Positions 33,601-43,994 of a stretch of DNA of 64,000 bases are shown one piece after another (position 1 is the first letter of the stretch; the number at the start of each line of letters is the position of its first letter). The translations under genes and the position numbers were made by a program. The notes below the pieces were generated by a model, which searched no databases, was not told the origin of the DNA, and saw only the letters and a list, made by a program, of their open reading frames with translations. The DNA comes from Nostoc sp. DedSLP01 (GTDB taxonomy: Bacteria; Cyanobacteriota; Cyanobacteriia; Cyanobacteriales; Nostocaceae): NCBI GenBank assembly GCA_034530875.2, contig JAVRCJ020000023.1, positions 32,001-96,000 on the forward strand, given 5' to 3'.

Positions 33601-36349
33601 CAGCGTCACTGATTATCAAACTGCACTGCGTTCTGTTACCTATCAAAACACTAGCGATAACCCCAGCACCACCACCCGCACCATTAGCTTTATTGTCAAT
33701 GACGGCAGTTTAAATAGTACCACTGTCACCCGCGATATTAATCTCACCGCAGTCAATGATGCCCCAGTCGTCACTGCGACCAACACCCCCCTGGCGTACA
33801 CCGAAAACGACGCTGCTAAAGCTATAGACCCCGATCTTACGATCGCCGATCTTGACTCCAGTAACCTCACCAGTGCCATAGTCTCTATTATCGGTTTTGT
33901 CGCGGCAGAAGACACACTTGCTTTCACTGACCAAAACGGTATCACTGGCAGTTATAGCAATGGTGTTTTAACCTTAACTGGCAGTGCTACTGTCGCCCAA
34001 TATCAAACTGCACTGCGTTCTGTTACTTATGAAAACAGCAGCGCTAACCCTAGCGCCATTACCCGCACCATCAGCTTTGTTATCAATGACGGCATCTCAG
34101 ATAGTACTGCTGCAACCCGTGACATTGATTTCACCGCAGTTGATAATATCCCAGTCATCACTGCCACCAATATCGCCCTCGACTACACGGAAAATGACGA
34201 TGCTACAATCATCGACTCCGGTATTAACATCGCTGATGTTGATTCCAGCAGCCTTAACAGCGCCATAGTCTCGATTATCGGTTTTGTTGCGGCAGAAGAC
34301 AGCCTCGCTTTCACTGACCAAAACGGTATTACTGGCAGCTATAGCAATGGCGTTTTAACCCTAACTGGCACTGCCAGCATTGCCAACTATCAAACTGCAC
34401 TGCGTTCTGTTACCTACCAAAACAGCAGCGATAATCCCAGCGCCACCACCCGCACCATTAGCTTTGTAGTCAATGATGGTACTTCAGATAGTACTGCTGC
34501 AACCCGCGATATTAATGTAATCCCAGTTAATGATGCGCCAGTCATCACTGCTACTAATACCACCCTCGACTACACGGAAAATGACGATACTACAATCATC
34601 GACTCCGGTATTACGATCGCTGATGTTGACTCTAGCAGCCTTAACAGTGCCACAGTCACCATAAGCAGTGGTTTTGTGGCGGCAGAAGATAGCCTCGCTT
34701 TCACTGACCAAAACGGTATTACTGGCAGCTATAGCAATGGTGTTTTAACCTTAACTGGCACTGCCAGCATCGCTGACTATCAAACTGCACTGCGTTCTGT
34801 CACCTACCAAAACAGCAGCGATAACCCTACCACCACCCGCACCATCAGTTTTGTCGTCAATGACGGCACTTCAGATAGTACCGCTGCAACTCAAGATATT
34901 AATTTAATCCCAGTTAATGATGCCCCAGTCATCACTGCTACTAATACCACCCTCGACTACACGGAAAATGACGAGGCTATAGTCATTGACTCGGATATTA
35001 CGATCGCTGATGTTGACTCTAACAACCTCAGCAGTGCTACAATCAACGTTCTCGATTTTGTTGCGGCAGAAGACACACTTGCTTTCACTGACCAAAACGG
35101 CATTAGTGGTAGCTACGGCAATGGTGTTTTAACTTTAACTGGTAGCGCTACTGTCGCTCAATATCAAACTGCGCTGCGTTCTGTTACCTATCGCAATAAC
35201 AGCAATAAACCTAGCACCCGCAGTATCAACTTTGTAGTCAATGATGGCAGCTTAGATAGTACCGTTGCAACCCGTAACATTAGTTTCAACCCAGTTGATG
35301 AGGAAATACCCAGCCGTCTAACTAACCCCGATGATGATGTCTTCAAAATTAGTGGTGAGGATATCAAAGTCAGACTTGAAATCAAGCTCACTGGACACAC
35401 TAGTAAGCTAATGAATGAACTGGGTTTATTTATTGTTGATGATGCTCAAGGTACGATTAACGGTATTGCTCCTGGTGCTGATGGTTATGCCGCAGCAGCT
35501 TTAGAACGCTCAAAGGTAATTTTCTCTGCGATCGCTAATACTCCTAATGGCTTTGATTCCAATAATCTCACCACTCTGCTGGAATTAACTTCTGGTCAGT
35601 ATTTCCGATTCTTATTATTCAAAGACAGCACTTTTGATGCTGTACGCAACGATCCCAAATCCATCGGCAAATTACTGTTTTCTGATGTCTCAACACAAAA
35701 AATTACAGCTTTGGGTGATGATAATTACTCTGTAGGTTGGAAGGATAGTTTTAATAACGCTGCCACCGATTTTAACGCTCTGGTGGTAAAAATTAAACAG
35801 ATAAATCAACCTTTACCTTTGGGTACAAATCTCCAAAGTAAATCCCAAGGGGAAATGATTGATTTGCGAGATGTTCAACAACCAGTTCTTGCTGAATTTA
35901 GTGTTTATAGAGAGGCAGCTTACAACAATTATGTCGGCTTCTATCAAGTAATTGATGAAAATGGTGGAATTGATACCAATGGCGATGGGGTGGCTGATGT
36001 TCTCACCGGACAGGCTGGTTATACTCAGGCTGCTGTGCGTAGTCGGGTTGGCGGTATTGATTTGGCTGTGAGCGATGGAGGTAGCGCTACTTACAGTGGT
36101 ACTTTGCAACCTGGCGGAATTTTTGTTCCGTTTATTATTGTTGATGGTACTCCTGATGCACTTTTAGATAACGACCGCAATAACGATCCGGCGGTTTATT
36201 TCCCATTCTTGGGTGCTAATTCTGATGGCTCAGATCACATTCGTTTATTAGGAAATAATAGCTTTGGCTTTGAGGATTTGGTTGGCGGTGGCGATCGCGA
36301 TTTCAACGATCTGATTGTTAAAGTTAATTTGACCCAAATTAGCGTTTAG
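30698..36349 (+). CDS. Giant repeat surface protein: DUF4347 + 7 FG-GAP repeats + Calx-beta-like + 7 tandem ~130-aa Ig/cadherin-like repeats + DUF4114-like C-terminus
   Basis: IIAHGSPGSLQLG, IYGCEVA, GGSWELE (DUF4347); seven DFxxDxxxD repeats; seven (A/I)PV(V/I)T..YTEN repeats; GFEDL..GGDRDFNDL C-terminus. Confidence 0.88.
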   Translation: MATTKAIATKQTLVIIDAGIDDRQILELGILPTAKVAVLNKHIDGIDQISALCKNHATASIQIIAHGSPGSLQLGNSQLNLNNLHAYRQQLQQWLPTEILIYGCEVAATETGKTFIETLHQLTGANIAASAGKIGNAEQGGSWELEVKIGQIDSTLALQPEIREAYPKVLASFATASNFTVGTNPISITVEDFNGDGNLDLVTANSTSNNVSVLLGNGTGGFATASNFITGSRPFSVTVEDFNGDGNLDLAVANYNSNTTSVLLGNGTGGFDTATNFTVGTRPTSVTAADFDGDGNVDLAVANRTTNNVSVLLGNGTGDFGTASNFTVGSSPQSVTAADFNGDNNLDLVVVNRTSNKVSVLLGDGTGSFATATNFTVGTSPFEVKVADFNGDGNLDLAVANYSSNNVSVLLGNGAGSFGTATNFSAGSSPRSLVVGDFNSDGNLDLATANRNGNNVSVLLGNGTGGFGTASKFTVGNSPRSITVGDFNGDGKLDLAAANFLNNRVSVLLNTTPKITIASGTNPKEGGPDGSFTITLDTPAPAGGLVVKFNAIGSTATATTDYALVADTNITAVTTNTFIIAQGQTTATLKVTAVFDNVADPNETVIINLESSPDYILGANTTATLTIAEPIAPVVTATSTPLAYTENDAATAIDSGLTVTDADSTNLNSAIVSITSGFVAAEDILGFTAQNGISGSYSNGVLTLTGSATVAQYQTALRSVTYQNTSDNPSTTTRTISFIVNDGSLNSTTVTRDINLTAVNDAPVVTPTSTPLAYTENDAATAIDPDLTIADVDSTNLNGATVSITNGFVAAEDTLAFTDQNGITGSYSNGILTLTGSATIAQYQTALRSITYQNTSDNPSTTTRTISFIVNDGSLNSTTVTRNINLTAVNDAPVVTPTSTPLAYTENEAATAIDSGILITDVDSTNLNGAIISITSGFVAAEDTLAFTAQNGITGSYSNGVLTLTGNASVTDYQTALRSVTYQNTSDNPSTTTRTISFIVNDGSLNSTTVTRDINLTAVNDAPVVTATNTPLAYTENDAAKAIDPDLTIADLDSSNLTSAIVSIIGFVAAEDTLAFTDQNGITGSYSNGVLTLTGSATVAQYQTALRSVTYENSSANPSAITRTISFVINDGISDSTAATRDIDFTAVDNIPVITATNIALDYTENDDATIIDSGINIADVDSSSLNSAIVSIIGFVAAEDSLAFTDQNGITGSYSNGVLTLTGTASIANYQTALRSVTYQNSSDNPSATTRTISFVVNDGTSDSTAATRDINVIPVNDAPVITATNTTLDYTENDDTTIIDSGITIADVDSSSLNSATVTISSGFVAAEDSLAFTDQNGITGSYSNGVLTLTGTASIADYQTALRSVTYQNSSDNPTTTRTISFVVNDGTSDSTAATQDINLIPVNDAPVITATNTTLDYTENDEAIVIDSDITIADVDSNNLSSATINVLDFVAAEDTLAFTDQNGISGSYGNGVLTLTGSATVAQYQTALRSVTYRNNSNKPSTRSINFVVNDGSLDSTVATRNISFNPVDEEIPSRLTNPDDDVFKISGEDIKVRLEIKLTGHTSKLMNELGLFIVDDAQGTINGIAPGADGYAAAALERSKVIFSAIANTPNGFDSNNLTTLLELTSGQYFRFLLFKDSTFDAVRNDPKSIGKLLFSDVSTQKITALGDDNYSVGWKDSFNNAATDFNALVVKIKQINQPLPLGTNLQSKSQGEMIDLRDVQQPVLAEFSVYREAAYNNYVGFYQVIDENGGIDTNGDGVADVLTGQAGYTQAAVRSRVGGIDLAVSDGGSATYSGTLQPGGIFVPFIIVDGTPDALLDNDRNNDPAVYFPFLGANSDGSDHIRLLGNNSFGFEDLVGGGDRDFNDLIVKVNLTQISV
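32590..35290 (+). repeat. Seven tandem ~390-bp intragenic repeats
   Basis: Units start near 32590, 32980, 33370, 33760, 34147, 34535 and 34921; long stretches identical at DNA level. Confidence 0.9.
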
Positions 36350-36991
36350 GGTATAGGGTGTAGGGAAGAACAATTGTATTTTTATATACTCTTACCAAAA
36401 TTGATAAGGATACAATTTCCCACTATGATCCCACACCCTTCAATTTAAATCCTAAATTTTGTTTGGGAAAACTCATGCGTTAATAGTCACTGTCAGCCAC
36501 ACACATACCTTTACATTTAATACCGTTGGTAGCAGTGCGCTGACAATGATAGCATAGAATTTTTTCTTTTTCTGTTTCTTGATTTGTTTCAATATGAGTA
36601 TTTGCTGTAGCAAATTCTTTTTCTGTCTCGAGTTTTACAGTCATAAAAATGAAGGTATTTTTTACAGGTTACATTTAACTTATCAAAACTTACGCCAAAA
36701 TAGCATGATTTATTTTAGGAGCAAATCATACTATTTTTGCCTGGATTGGAAGCTATATTCATAAAAATGCTATTTTTGTTAATGCAGAATTTTATATAGT
36801 AATTTGCAATTTAATAGATAATATATCAATTCTTACTATTCGTAATTTTTAGAAAGTTATTTAATAGGCTGTTTACGTTATCGCAGTAATTATGGGATTT
36901 TTTTAGTTAATTTCTTCTTGCTTGAGATGAAAAATTTCAGCAGGCTATGTTTGACGACAAGCCACTTGTGTGGAGCGACTATAAACAGGCT

Positions 36992-37426
36992 TCATCCCTC
37001 ATCTTTGTGATAACCATTTTTCTCGCGTTTGAGGCTTTCTTCTAAAGCTTGAATTTGTTCGCGTCTAGCTTCCAATTCCAGAGAACGTCGCGCTAAGTCT
37101 TGGTTTTGTAACGTCAAGGATTGTCGCCAATGTTCTGCTCGTTCGGCTTCGTGCTGCAAGAATTCTGGTGTAATGCCAGTGGTAAGGTAAGTTTGTACTA
37201 AATGGAGCACCCAATCGGTGGCTTCTTCTATTGTTTCAATATCGCCTGTGGGGGAAAGTTCGACTAAAACAAGCAAGTTCTCACTCATAGGATTTCCCTT
37301 TCCCAGGAGAATGAAAGCTTCTTCTGGAATTATCGCCCATAAGTTATCAACTTCCTGACGCGCTAATAAGCGTAACTGGTGCTGGTCTAAAAAATCGTTT
37401 TTACGCACCTGGGCTAGATATAGCAT
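36992..37426 (-). CDS. Conserved cyanobacterial hypothetical protein with C-terminal coiled coil
   Basis: 144-aa ORF, MLYLAQV..., WRQSLTLQNQDLARR. Confidence 0.75.
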   Translation of the reverse strand: MLYLAQVRKNDFLDQHQLRLLARQEVDNLWAIIPEEAFILLGKGNPMSENLLVLVELSPTGDIETIEEATDWVLHLVQTYLTTGITPEFLQHEAERAEHWRQSLTLQNQDLARRSLELEARREQIQALEESLKREKNGYHKDEG

Positions 37427-37669
37427 GACAGTTACTCCGCTTTAATTAAACATTCCAAAAATCATTTTTAATCAATAAACAAGTATAAACATTAGTTGCC
37501 AAGTCCAAATTAAAGAATTAAAGTAAGCCGCAGTCAGAAATTTAGCTAAATGAGCTTCCCAATAATCAGAAACAGCTTATTTGCGGTTGGGTAATGGGTT
37601 ATTGACAATTAATCAGTCTCCCATTACCCATTAGAGCGTTACAGTTATCCTAAACTACGCAGTCGATGC

Positions 37670-40600
37670 CTACGGCAACGCCTGAAGGCGTGCGCGGAGA
37701 ATTTCTGCTTGTTTTTCGGCTTCTGCTAAGGCATCTCTCGCTCCTTGAACCACATCGGCTCTAGCTTTATCGACAAAATTTGGATTTTTTAATCTGCCAC
37801 TCAAAGATTGAATTTCCGCTTCGACTTTGCTGAGGCTTTTTTCTAGTTTGGCACGCACAACTTCGATATCAACGACGCCGCTGAGGGGAATTAGTACCTG
37901 TATTGTACCTACTACACCAGCGATCGCATTTTCTGGTTCTTGTGCCTGTTGCACTTCTGTCTCTGGGAAGAACTGTTCCCAAAGCTTTTGTCTGGCTTCG
38001 GCTGTTAGTAAATTTTGGCTGACAAACCAAGTGGCGTAAACAAGACCAACGATTTCAAAGAAATCTCCGAAGATGGGAGTTTCATAAATCGCATTTCCTA
38101 CAGCTAAACCTAATCTGCCAAAAACAATTGCCAAAATAGTTAAGCCAATTACTTTCAAACCATTGAGAGGTTTTTTCGCCGCTACAGTTTGGCTTTTTGG
38201 CTTGTCGGTAATGGTTAAAGTCTCAACCTTTGCCAAATCTTTAATATAAACTTGTCCGGCGGTGAGGATTTGTCTTTCTTTTTCACTTTCAGTTTGTAAA
38301 TTAGCTGTTACCTTCACCCCTGGTTTCACATCCGCTTCTGCACGCAAGTTGCGAATTGTGCGAATAGTACCAATCAGCAAGTCAAACTGTTCTTCTAAGC
38401 CTAAATCTATCAACTTGGCATCTACCTGAGGATAAGTTTGCAAAGCTAAAGTTTGGGTAGAATCTGCTGGTTGTTGGCTGAGAGTTTGCCAGATTTCCTC
38501 GGTAATATGAGGCATAAAGGGATGAAGCAGTTTCAAAATCCCTTCTAGGACGTAGGCGAGGGTTTGTTGTGCAATTCGTCGCGATGCCGAGTCCGCATCT
38601 GGCTGGAGGCGAGATTTCACTAATTCAATATATTGGTCGCAGAAATCGCCCCAAATGAATTCATATAGTCCCTTGGCTGCTTCTCCTAGACCATAATTAT
38701 CAATGTAATTGCTGGTTTGTTTGACAACTTGATTGTAGCGGGAAAGAATCCAGCGATCGTTTAATTCGAGGGATTGGGGATTAGGGATCGGGGATTGGGA
38801 ATCTTTCCCAGTCACCAGTCCCCAGTCCCCAGTTCCCAAATTCATCATCACAAACCGAGCAGCATTCCACAACTTGTTTGCAAAATTGCGGGAGGCTTCT
38901 ACAGATGGTGATTCATCCTTTTTGCGATCGTATTCCAAGCGGATATCTTGTCCCGCACCTGCGACTTCCTTAACTAAGGTATACCGCAGCGCATCAGTAC
39001 CATATTTGTCAATTAATAACAGCGGGTCAATACCATTACCTTTGGTCTTTGACATCTTCTGACCTTTTTCATCCAGCACTAAGCCGTGGATGTAAACGGT
39101 TTGGAAAGGCATTTTGCCAGTAAAATGCCCGCCCATCATTGTCATTCTGGCTACCCAAAAAAAGATGATGTCAAAGCCTGTCACCAAAGTAGTGGTGGGG
39201 TAGTAAGTTGTTAAATCCTGAGTTTGTTCCGGCCAGCCCAAAGTTGAAAACGGCCACAGTCCAGAAGAAAACCAAGTATCCAGTACATCTGGGTCTTGTT
39301 CTAACTTGACATTTTCGCCAAATTGGGCTTTAGCTTTCTCCCAAGCTTCCGCTTCCGATTTTGCTACGACAAACGGCGTGTTATCGGTAATTTGCCCGTC
39401 TGTTTCGCTGACAGCGTACCAAGCTGGAATTTGGTGTCCCCACCACAGCTGGCGAGAGATGCACCAATCTTTGAGTTTTACTAACCAATCACGATAAACC
39501 TTAGTCCAGCGTTGGGGGACAAACTCCGGGGAATTTTGCCCATCGAGGAATTCTAAAGTTTTGTCAGCTAGGGGGCGAATTTTGACAAACCACTGAGTCG
39601 AAAGTAGGGGTTCAATGGGTACTTTACCGCGATCGCTGTAGGGAACGGTATGCTTATAATCCTCAATTTTCACCAAAACGCCATCTGCTTCTAGGCGAGA
39701 AACTACATTTTTTCTCGCCACAAAGCGGTCTTGTCCTTGAAATTCTCCGGCATTGGCGTTGAGAGTGCCGTCTTTATTCATAATGTTGATTAACGGCAGA
39801 TTATGACGCTTACCCATTTCAAAATCGTTGGGATCGTGGGCGGGAGTCACCTTGACGCAACCAGTACCGAAAGTCGGGTCAACGAATTCATCGCCAATGA
39901 TGGGAATTTCTCGTTGTAAAATGGGCAGAGTCAGAGTTTTGCCAATGAGATGTTTGTAGCGATCGTCATCGGGATTAACTGCCACAGCCGTATCGCCGAG
40001 CATCGTTTCCGGTCGAGTCGTCGCTACTTCCACAAAACCAGAACCATCTGTCAGCGGATAACGGAAGTGCCAGAGATTGCCATTAACCTCTTGATTTTCC
40101 ACCTCCACGTCAGACACAGCCGACTGGGAAGCGGGACACCAGTTAACTAAATATTCACCACGATAAATTAAGCCTTCCTCGTAAAGGCGAGTAAATGCTT
40201 CAACAACGGCTTTGGATAAACCCTCATCCAGGGTAAACCTTTCCCGCGACCAGTCTGCCGAAACACCCAAGCGTCGCAATTGATTAACAATCGTTCCCTC
40301 AGATTCTGCCTTCCATTGCCAAGCGCGTTCTAAGAATTGGTCGCGCCCCAACTCATAGCGAGTCTTACCTTCAGTCTTGAGTTGCTTTTCCAGCATCGTA
40401 TGCACGGCAATACTGGCGTGGTCGGTTCCAGGTAACCACAGGGTATTACGCCCCTGCATTCGGTGGTAACGGACAAGAACATCAATCAACGCACTTTCAA
40501 AAGCGTGACCCATGTGCAAACTGCCAGTCACATTAGGCGGCGGAATCACGATGCAGTAACGTTCGCCGTCTTTGTTGGGGTCAGCTTTGTAAACTTGGTT

Positions 40601-40681
40601 GTCTTCCCAGAATTTTTGCCACTTAGCTTCAGTGGAAAACGGGTCGTAGAGACTGGGAAGATTGGGAATGGTTGCGGTCAT
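37670..40681 (-). CDS. valS: Valine--tRNA ligase with inserted CAAD membrane-anchoring domain
   Basis: [29 protein letters not shown]; hydrophobic CAAD-like insert at about 37963-38176. Confidence 0.97.
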   Translation of the reverse strand: MTATIPNLPSLYDPFSTEAKWQKFWEDNQVYKADPNKDGERYCIVIPPPNVTGSLHMGHAFESALIDVLVRYHRMQGRNTLWLPGTDHASIAVHTMLEKQLKTEGKTRYELGRDQFLERAWQWKAESEGTIVNQLRRLGVSADWSRERFTLDEGLSKAVVEAFTRLYEEGLIYRGEYLVNWCPASQSAVSDVEVENQEVNGNLWHFRYPLTDGSGFVEVATTRPETMLGDTAVAVNPDDDRYKHLIGKTLTLPILQREIPIIGDEFVDPTFGTGCVKVTPAHDPNDFEMGKRHNLPLINIMNKDGTLNANAGEFQGQDRFVARKNVVSRLEADGVLVKIEDYKHTVPYSDRGKVPIEPLLSTQWFVKIRPLADKTLEFLDGQNSPEFVPQRWTKVYRDWLVKLKDWCISRQLWWGHQIPAWYAVSETDGQITDNTPFVVAKSEAEAWEKAKAQFGENVKLEQDPDVLDTWFSSGLWPFSTLGWPEQTQDLTTYYPTTTLVTGFDIIFFWVARMTMMGGHFTGKMPFQTVYIHGLVLDEKGQKMSKTKGNGIDPLLLIDKYGTDALRYTLVKEVAGAGQDIRLEYDRKKDESPSVEASRNFANKLWNAARFVMMNLGTGDWGLVTGKDSQSPIPNPQSLELNDRWILSRYNQVVKQTSNYIDNYGLGEAAKGLYEFIWGDFCDQYIELVKSRLQPDADSASRRIAQQTLAYVLEGILKLLHPFMPHITEEIWQTLSQQPADSTQTLALQTYPQVDAKLIDLGLEEQFDLLIGTIRTIRNLRAEADVKPGVKVTANLQTESEKERQILTAGQVYIKDLAKVETLTITDKPKSQTVAAKKPLNGLKVIGLTILAIVFGRLGLAVGNAIYETPIFGDFFEIVGLVYATWFVSQNLLTAEARQKLWEQFFPETEVQQAQEPENAIAGVVGTIQVLIPLSGVVDIEVVRAKLEKSLSKVEAEIQSLSGRLKNPNFVDKARADVVQGARDALAEAEKQAEILRARLQALP

Positions 40682-41082
40682 GCGGAGCAAACTAAGTTAT
40701 GGAAGGACTCTAATAAATTTTGCCACAGGGTTGGAGGGGGTTTTGATGAAAACGAGCTGTAAACGTTGCAGAGGGGGCAGAGGGGCAGAGGGGGAGGGGG
40801 GGAGCAGAGGAGGCAGAGGGGGCAGGGGAAGCAGGGGAAGCAGGGGGAGAAAATATTCGATAGTGACGTTGGATATAGGAATTGAGTAATTTAATTTTTG
40901 GGTGTCTGGAAGTAAAGGATACTGGAATAGACTAAAAAGTTTAACAATATTTAGTCATCTTGAGATGACTTTTGCGATGAGCAAGGAACTTAAGTTCCTT
41001 GCGGGGCGTTTATTGTATGTTAAGTTGACACAATGTGCAAGATGTCTAATCTACAAGAATTTAGGCGTGTCAAGCTATTACA

Positions 41083-41502
41083 TTAAATTTCAGGTTTGAG
41101 ATATTCCTGTAATTGTTTGGTACGCTCTTTTGTCATATTTTCCAAGCAACCAAAATAAATCGTAGGGGCTATACTTCCCCCTTCATATTCGCTTCTTTCA
41201 TATTCGCAATTAGTATCTCGAAACTTAATCCATGCTTGCTCGGCAGCAATCAATTTTTGTTTTCTACTTCTGTCTAGTTTAGCTACTAGTTTTTGATAAA
41301 CTGTATTCAATTTTTTATCAGCATTTTGATAGGACAACCTACTACATTCATTAATCTCTGTTTGAGTTTGAGCATTATTGCAGTTGAGCTTTTGAACTAA
41401 ATGCATTTTCGCTAAATCCGGTGCTGTGTTTCCTGTTGTTACGGTAGGAATGTACAAACTGCTCAAAGTTAGGTTTAATAATAAAAGCGATAAATAGTAC
41501 AT
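41083..41502 (-). CDS. Lysozyme-inhibitor LprI (DUF1311) family secreted protein
   Basis: Signal peptide; C..AQTQTEINEC, ADKKLN..Y, QAWIKFRD..C, GGSIAP..C motifs. Confidence 0.85.
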   Translation of the reverse strand: MYYLSLLLLNLTLSSLYIPTVTTGNTAPDLAKMHLVQKLNCNNAQTQTEINECSRLSYQNADKKLNTVYQKLVAKLDRSRKQKLIAAEQAWIKFRDTNCEYERSEYEGGSIAPTIYFGCLENMTKERTKQLQEYLKPEI

Positions 41503-42792
41503 GTATTTTCCTTGCTACGTAATGAGTTTGGCAATTTTAGCCATTGTTTCGATAGGTCAAACATCCAGTACCACCAAAGCCATGAAGAAATCAAGGTTGC
41601 ACAAAAGTCCTTGAAATCTTGAAATTACATAATTTGTAGTTATGGTTGGTTTGTATACTGAGTGAAGTTTTCAGATCGACTTTATCCTACGAACATGCAT
41701 AAATTAGTTATTAAGTCAAGAATCTTAATTTGGCAAACATCAAAGACTAGAAGTCGCAGTTACGGCTAGGAAGATAGCGATCGCTTTTGACTGAGAATGC
41801 TGAACTAGTGAAAGTGGATAGGTGGAAAACATCAGGTTGATGCCTTAGAGGGTAGATGAAAAATAGAGCGATCGCTGTCGTGGCTTTGAAAATCTGTTCG
41901 CGAGTCGCACGAGGAATCAGGTGTAGGTTTTCGGGGATCGAGAGTACAATCAGGCGATCGCTTGTGCATATAATTCTTTGAGAAGTCAGCAAAAAAGGCA
42001 AAATTTTCCTTTGCCGTTTACCTACAAATGTGCAAAAATTACTTTTGCAAGATATATCGAGCAACTATAATTGACCAATCGCAATGGAAATATCTCATTC
42101 TCTATTCACTAGTCCCCAGCCTCTAATCTCATGACATCCCTAATTTACGTGTTGGAATTTAAGCCTAAGCATTTGAAACTCTAGAAAATTCAAAAGCTTA
42201 GCTTTTTTAATATCAATTCCATTTTATGGTATTGAATGCGAACTAATGTTTAGATAAAATCTAAGATTTAGAATTTATCGTTGAAAATTGCAAGAGCGTA
42301 AACAAGATAAGATCTAGGTTTTTTGCAGAAGTATCATAATTGTGCCAGAATTATTTATCTTCAATTATGAAATTACAGCAAAACTCTTGCATTAGGGAAT
42401 CAAAAAAATGTATTGTTTGTATTGTTGAGAATTGTTTCTTAATAAAGCAATAATACAACATAAGTTCAGCATCGTAGGAAAAATTATGAAGTTGGTAAAT
42501 CGATAAATATCAAGCTAAACGAAAATATGTCTCCCATTGTTGGCATTATTCGTAACAGGACTAACTCTAGAAAGGAAAAATTAAATATGTTGTTGGTGTG
42601 TGTAGCGTCACAAGGAACTTCAAGTTTTTCGAGACTATAATTCCTCAAGTCTATACATCATTTTGATAGAAAACAGTATCGGCTAGATTTTCAGGGTTTC
42701 ATCTCTCTAATCGGGGCAAGAAATCTATTCTGTGCTGGCTGAATTCGAGATTTCAAGCTCACTTTATCAAGGAACGCGATCGGGAAAAAATT

Positions 42793-43845
42793 ATGACCTC
42801 TTTAGATCCTAATTTTTTTGATATTCCAGCTAAAAGCCTAATCATTATTGACCCAGCTGTTGAGAACTATAAAAAGCAGAATAACAACTTGGAAGTCACG
42901 TTACAAGATGTACCAAATACAGAAGTAGCAGCGTCCAAAACACGCAAGCTGCTAAAAATTCCACCGAAGGAACTTTTAGCGCCTCCTGGTGATTTCAATC
43001 CTACTTTACTGCTATTCTTGGCATGTGTCGGAGCGTTGGTCTTATCTAACTTTGGTTACTGGCTTTGGCAATGGCCGGACTGGGTTTGCTTTAGCATGAA
43101 CGTTATTGCTTTGCATTGTGCTGGGACAGTAATTCATGATGCTTGTCATCAATCTGCCCACCGCAATCGTATAATCAATGCGATGCTAGGGCATGGTAGC
43201 GCCTTGATGCTAGGGTTTGTTTTTCCGGTATTTACGCGAGTGCATTTGCAGCATCACGCCCATGTAAACGATCCTAAAGATGACCCAGATCATTATGTTT
43301 CTACAGGCGGGCCGCTGTGGCTAATTGCATTCCGATTTTTGTCCCATGAAGTGTTTTTCTTTAAAAGACAATTGTGGCGTAAATACGAACTGTTGGAATG
43401 GTTTATCAGCCGTTTAATTGTCGTTGCCATTTTTTATATAGCAATTCAAAATGATTGTTTAATGTACGTTCTCAATTTCTGGGTTGTACCTGCTGGAATC
43501 GTAGGACTAATACTAGGCTTCTTTTTTGACTATTTGCCCCATCGTCCTTTTAGAGAACGCGATCGTTGGAAAAATGCTCGTGTATATCCTAGCCGAATTC
43601 TTAATATCCTAATTTTAGGACAAAACTATCATTTAGTTCATCATTTATGGATTTGTGTTCCCTGGTACAAGTATCAGTCTACATACTATGTGATGAAGCC
43701 TCTGTTAGATGAAAAAGGCTGCTATCAAACTTCAGGATTGCTAAAAAAGAAAGACTTGTTAGAGTTTATTTACGATATTTTTATAGGAATCCGCCCTCAC
43801 CATCAAACCACGAAAAATAAAGACGAATCACAAACTTGTGAGTAA
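42793..43845 (+). CDS. crtR: Beta-carotene hydroxylase CrtR-like desaturase-family protein with N-terminal extension
   Basis: PPKELLAPPGDFNPT, His boxes HDACH, HLQHH and HLVHH, FDYLPHRPF, RWKNARVY. Confidence 0.85.
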   Translation: MTSLDPNFFDIPAKSLIIIDPAVENYKKQNNNLEVTLQDVPNTEVAASKTRKLLKIPPKELLAPPGDFNPTLLLFLACVGALVLSNFGYWLWQWPDWVCFSMNVIALHCAGTVIHDACHQSAHRNRIINAMLGHGSALMLGFVFPVFTRVHLQHHAHVNDPKDDPDHYVSTGGPLWLIAFRFLSHEVFFFKRQLWRKYELLEWFISRLIVVAIFYIAIQNDCLMYVLNFWVVPAGIVGLILGFFFDYLPHRPFRERDRWKNARVYPSRILNILILGQNYHLVHHLWICVPWYKYQSTYYVMKPLLDEKGCYQTSGLLKKKDLLEFIYDIFIGIRPHHQTTKNKDESQTCE

Positions 43846-43994
43846 GCCGTACTCTACTAACTAGAAGGCAGAAGGCAGAAGGTAAAACCCTCAACAGTAA
43901 AAGGTTTTGCTGCTTTGGATTTTACATTTAATTATGTCCGTCTACTTATAATTTGATGATTTGTCGCTTGTAACTAATGACCAATGACCAATGA

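Noticed and set aside
32590..35290. Long regular repeats as a CRISPR array or DGR template/variable pair
   Set aside because: They are in-frame coding repeats with no unique spacers; no cas or reverse transcriptase gene in the window
30766..36109. Series of repeated minus-strand ORFs
   Set aside because: Antisense shadows of the repeat-rich 1883-aa gene
40662..41099. ORFs 40662-40889 and 40902-41099
   Set aside because: Derived from STRR/low-complexity intergenic sequence; no family features
41747..42064. 105-aa minus-strand ORF / possible ncRNA in a HIP1-rich spacer
   Set aside because: No motif, RBS or structure I can support
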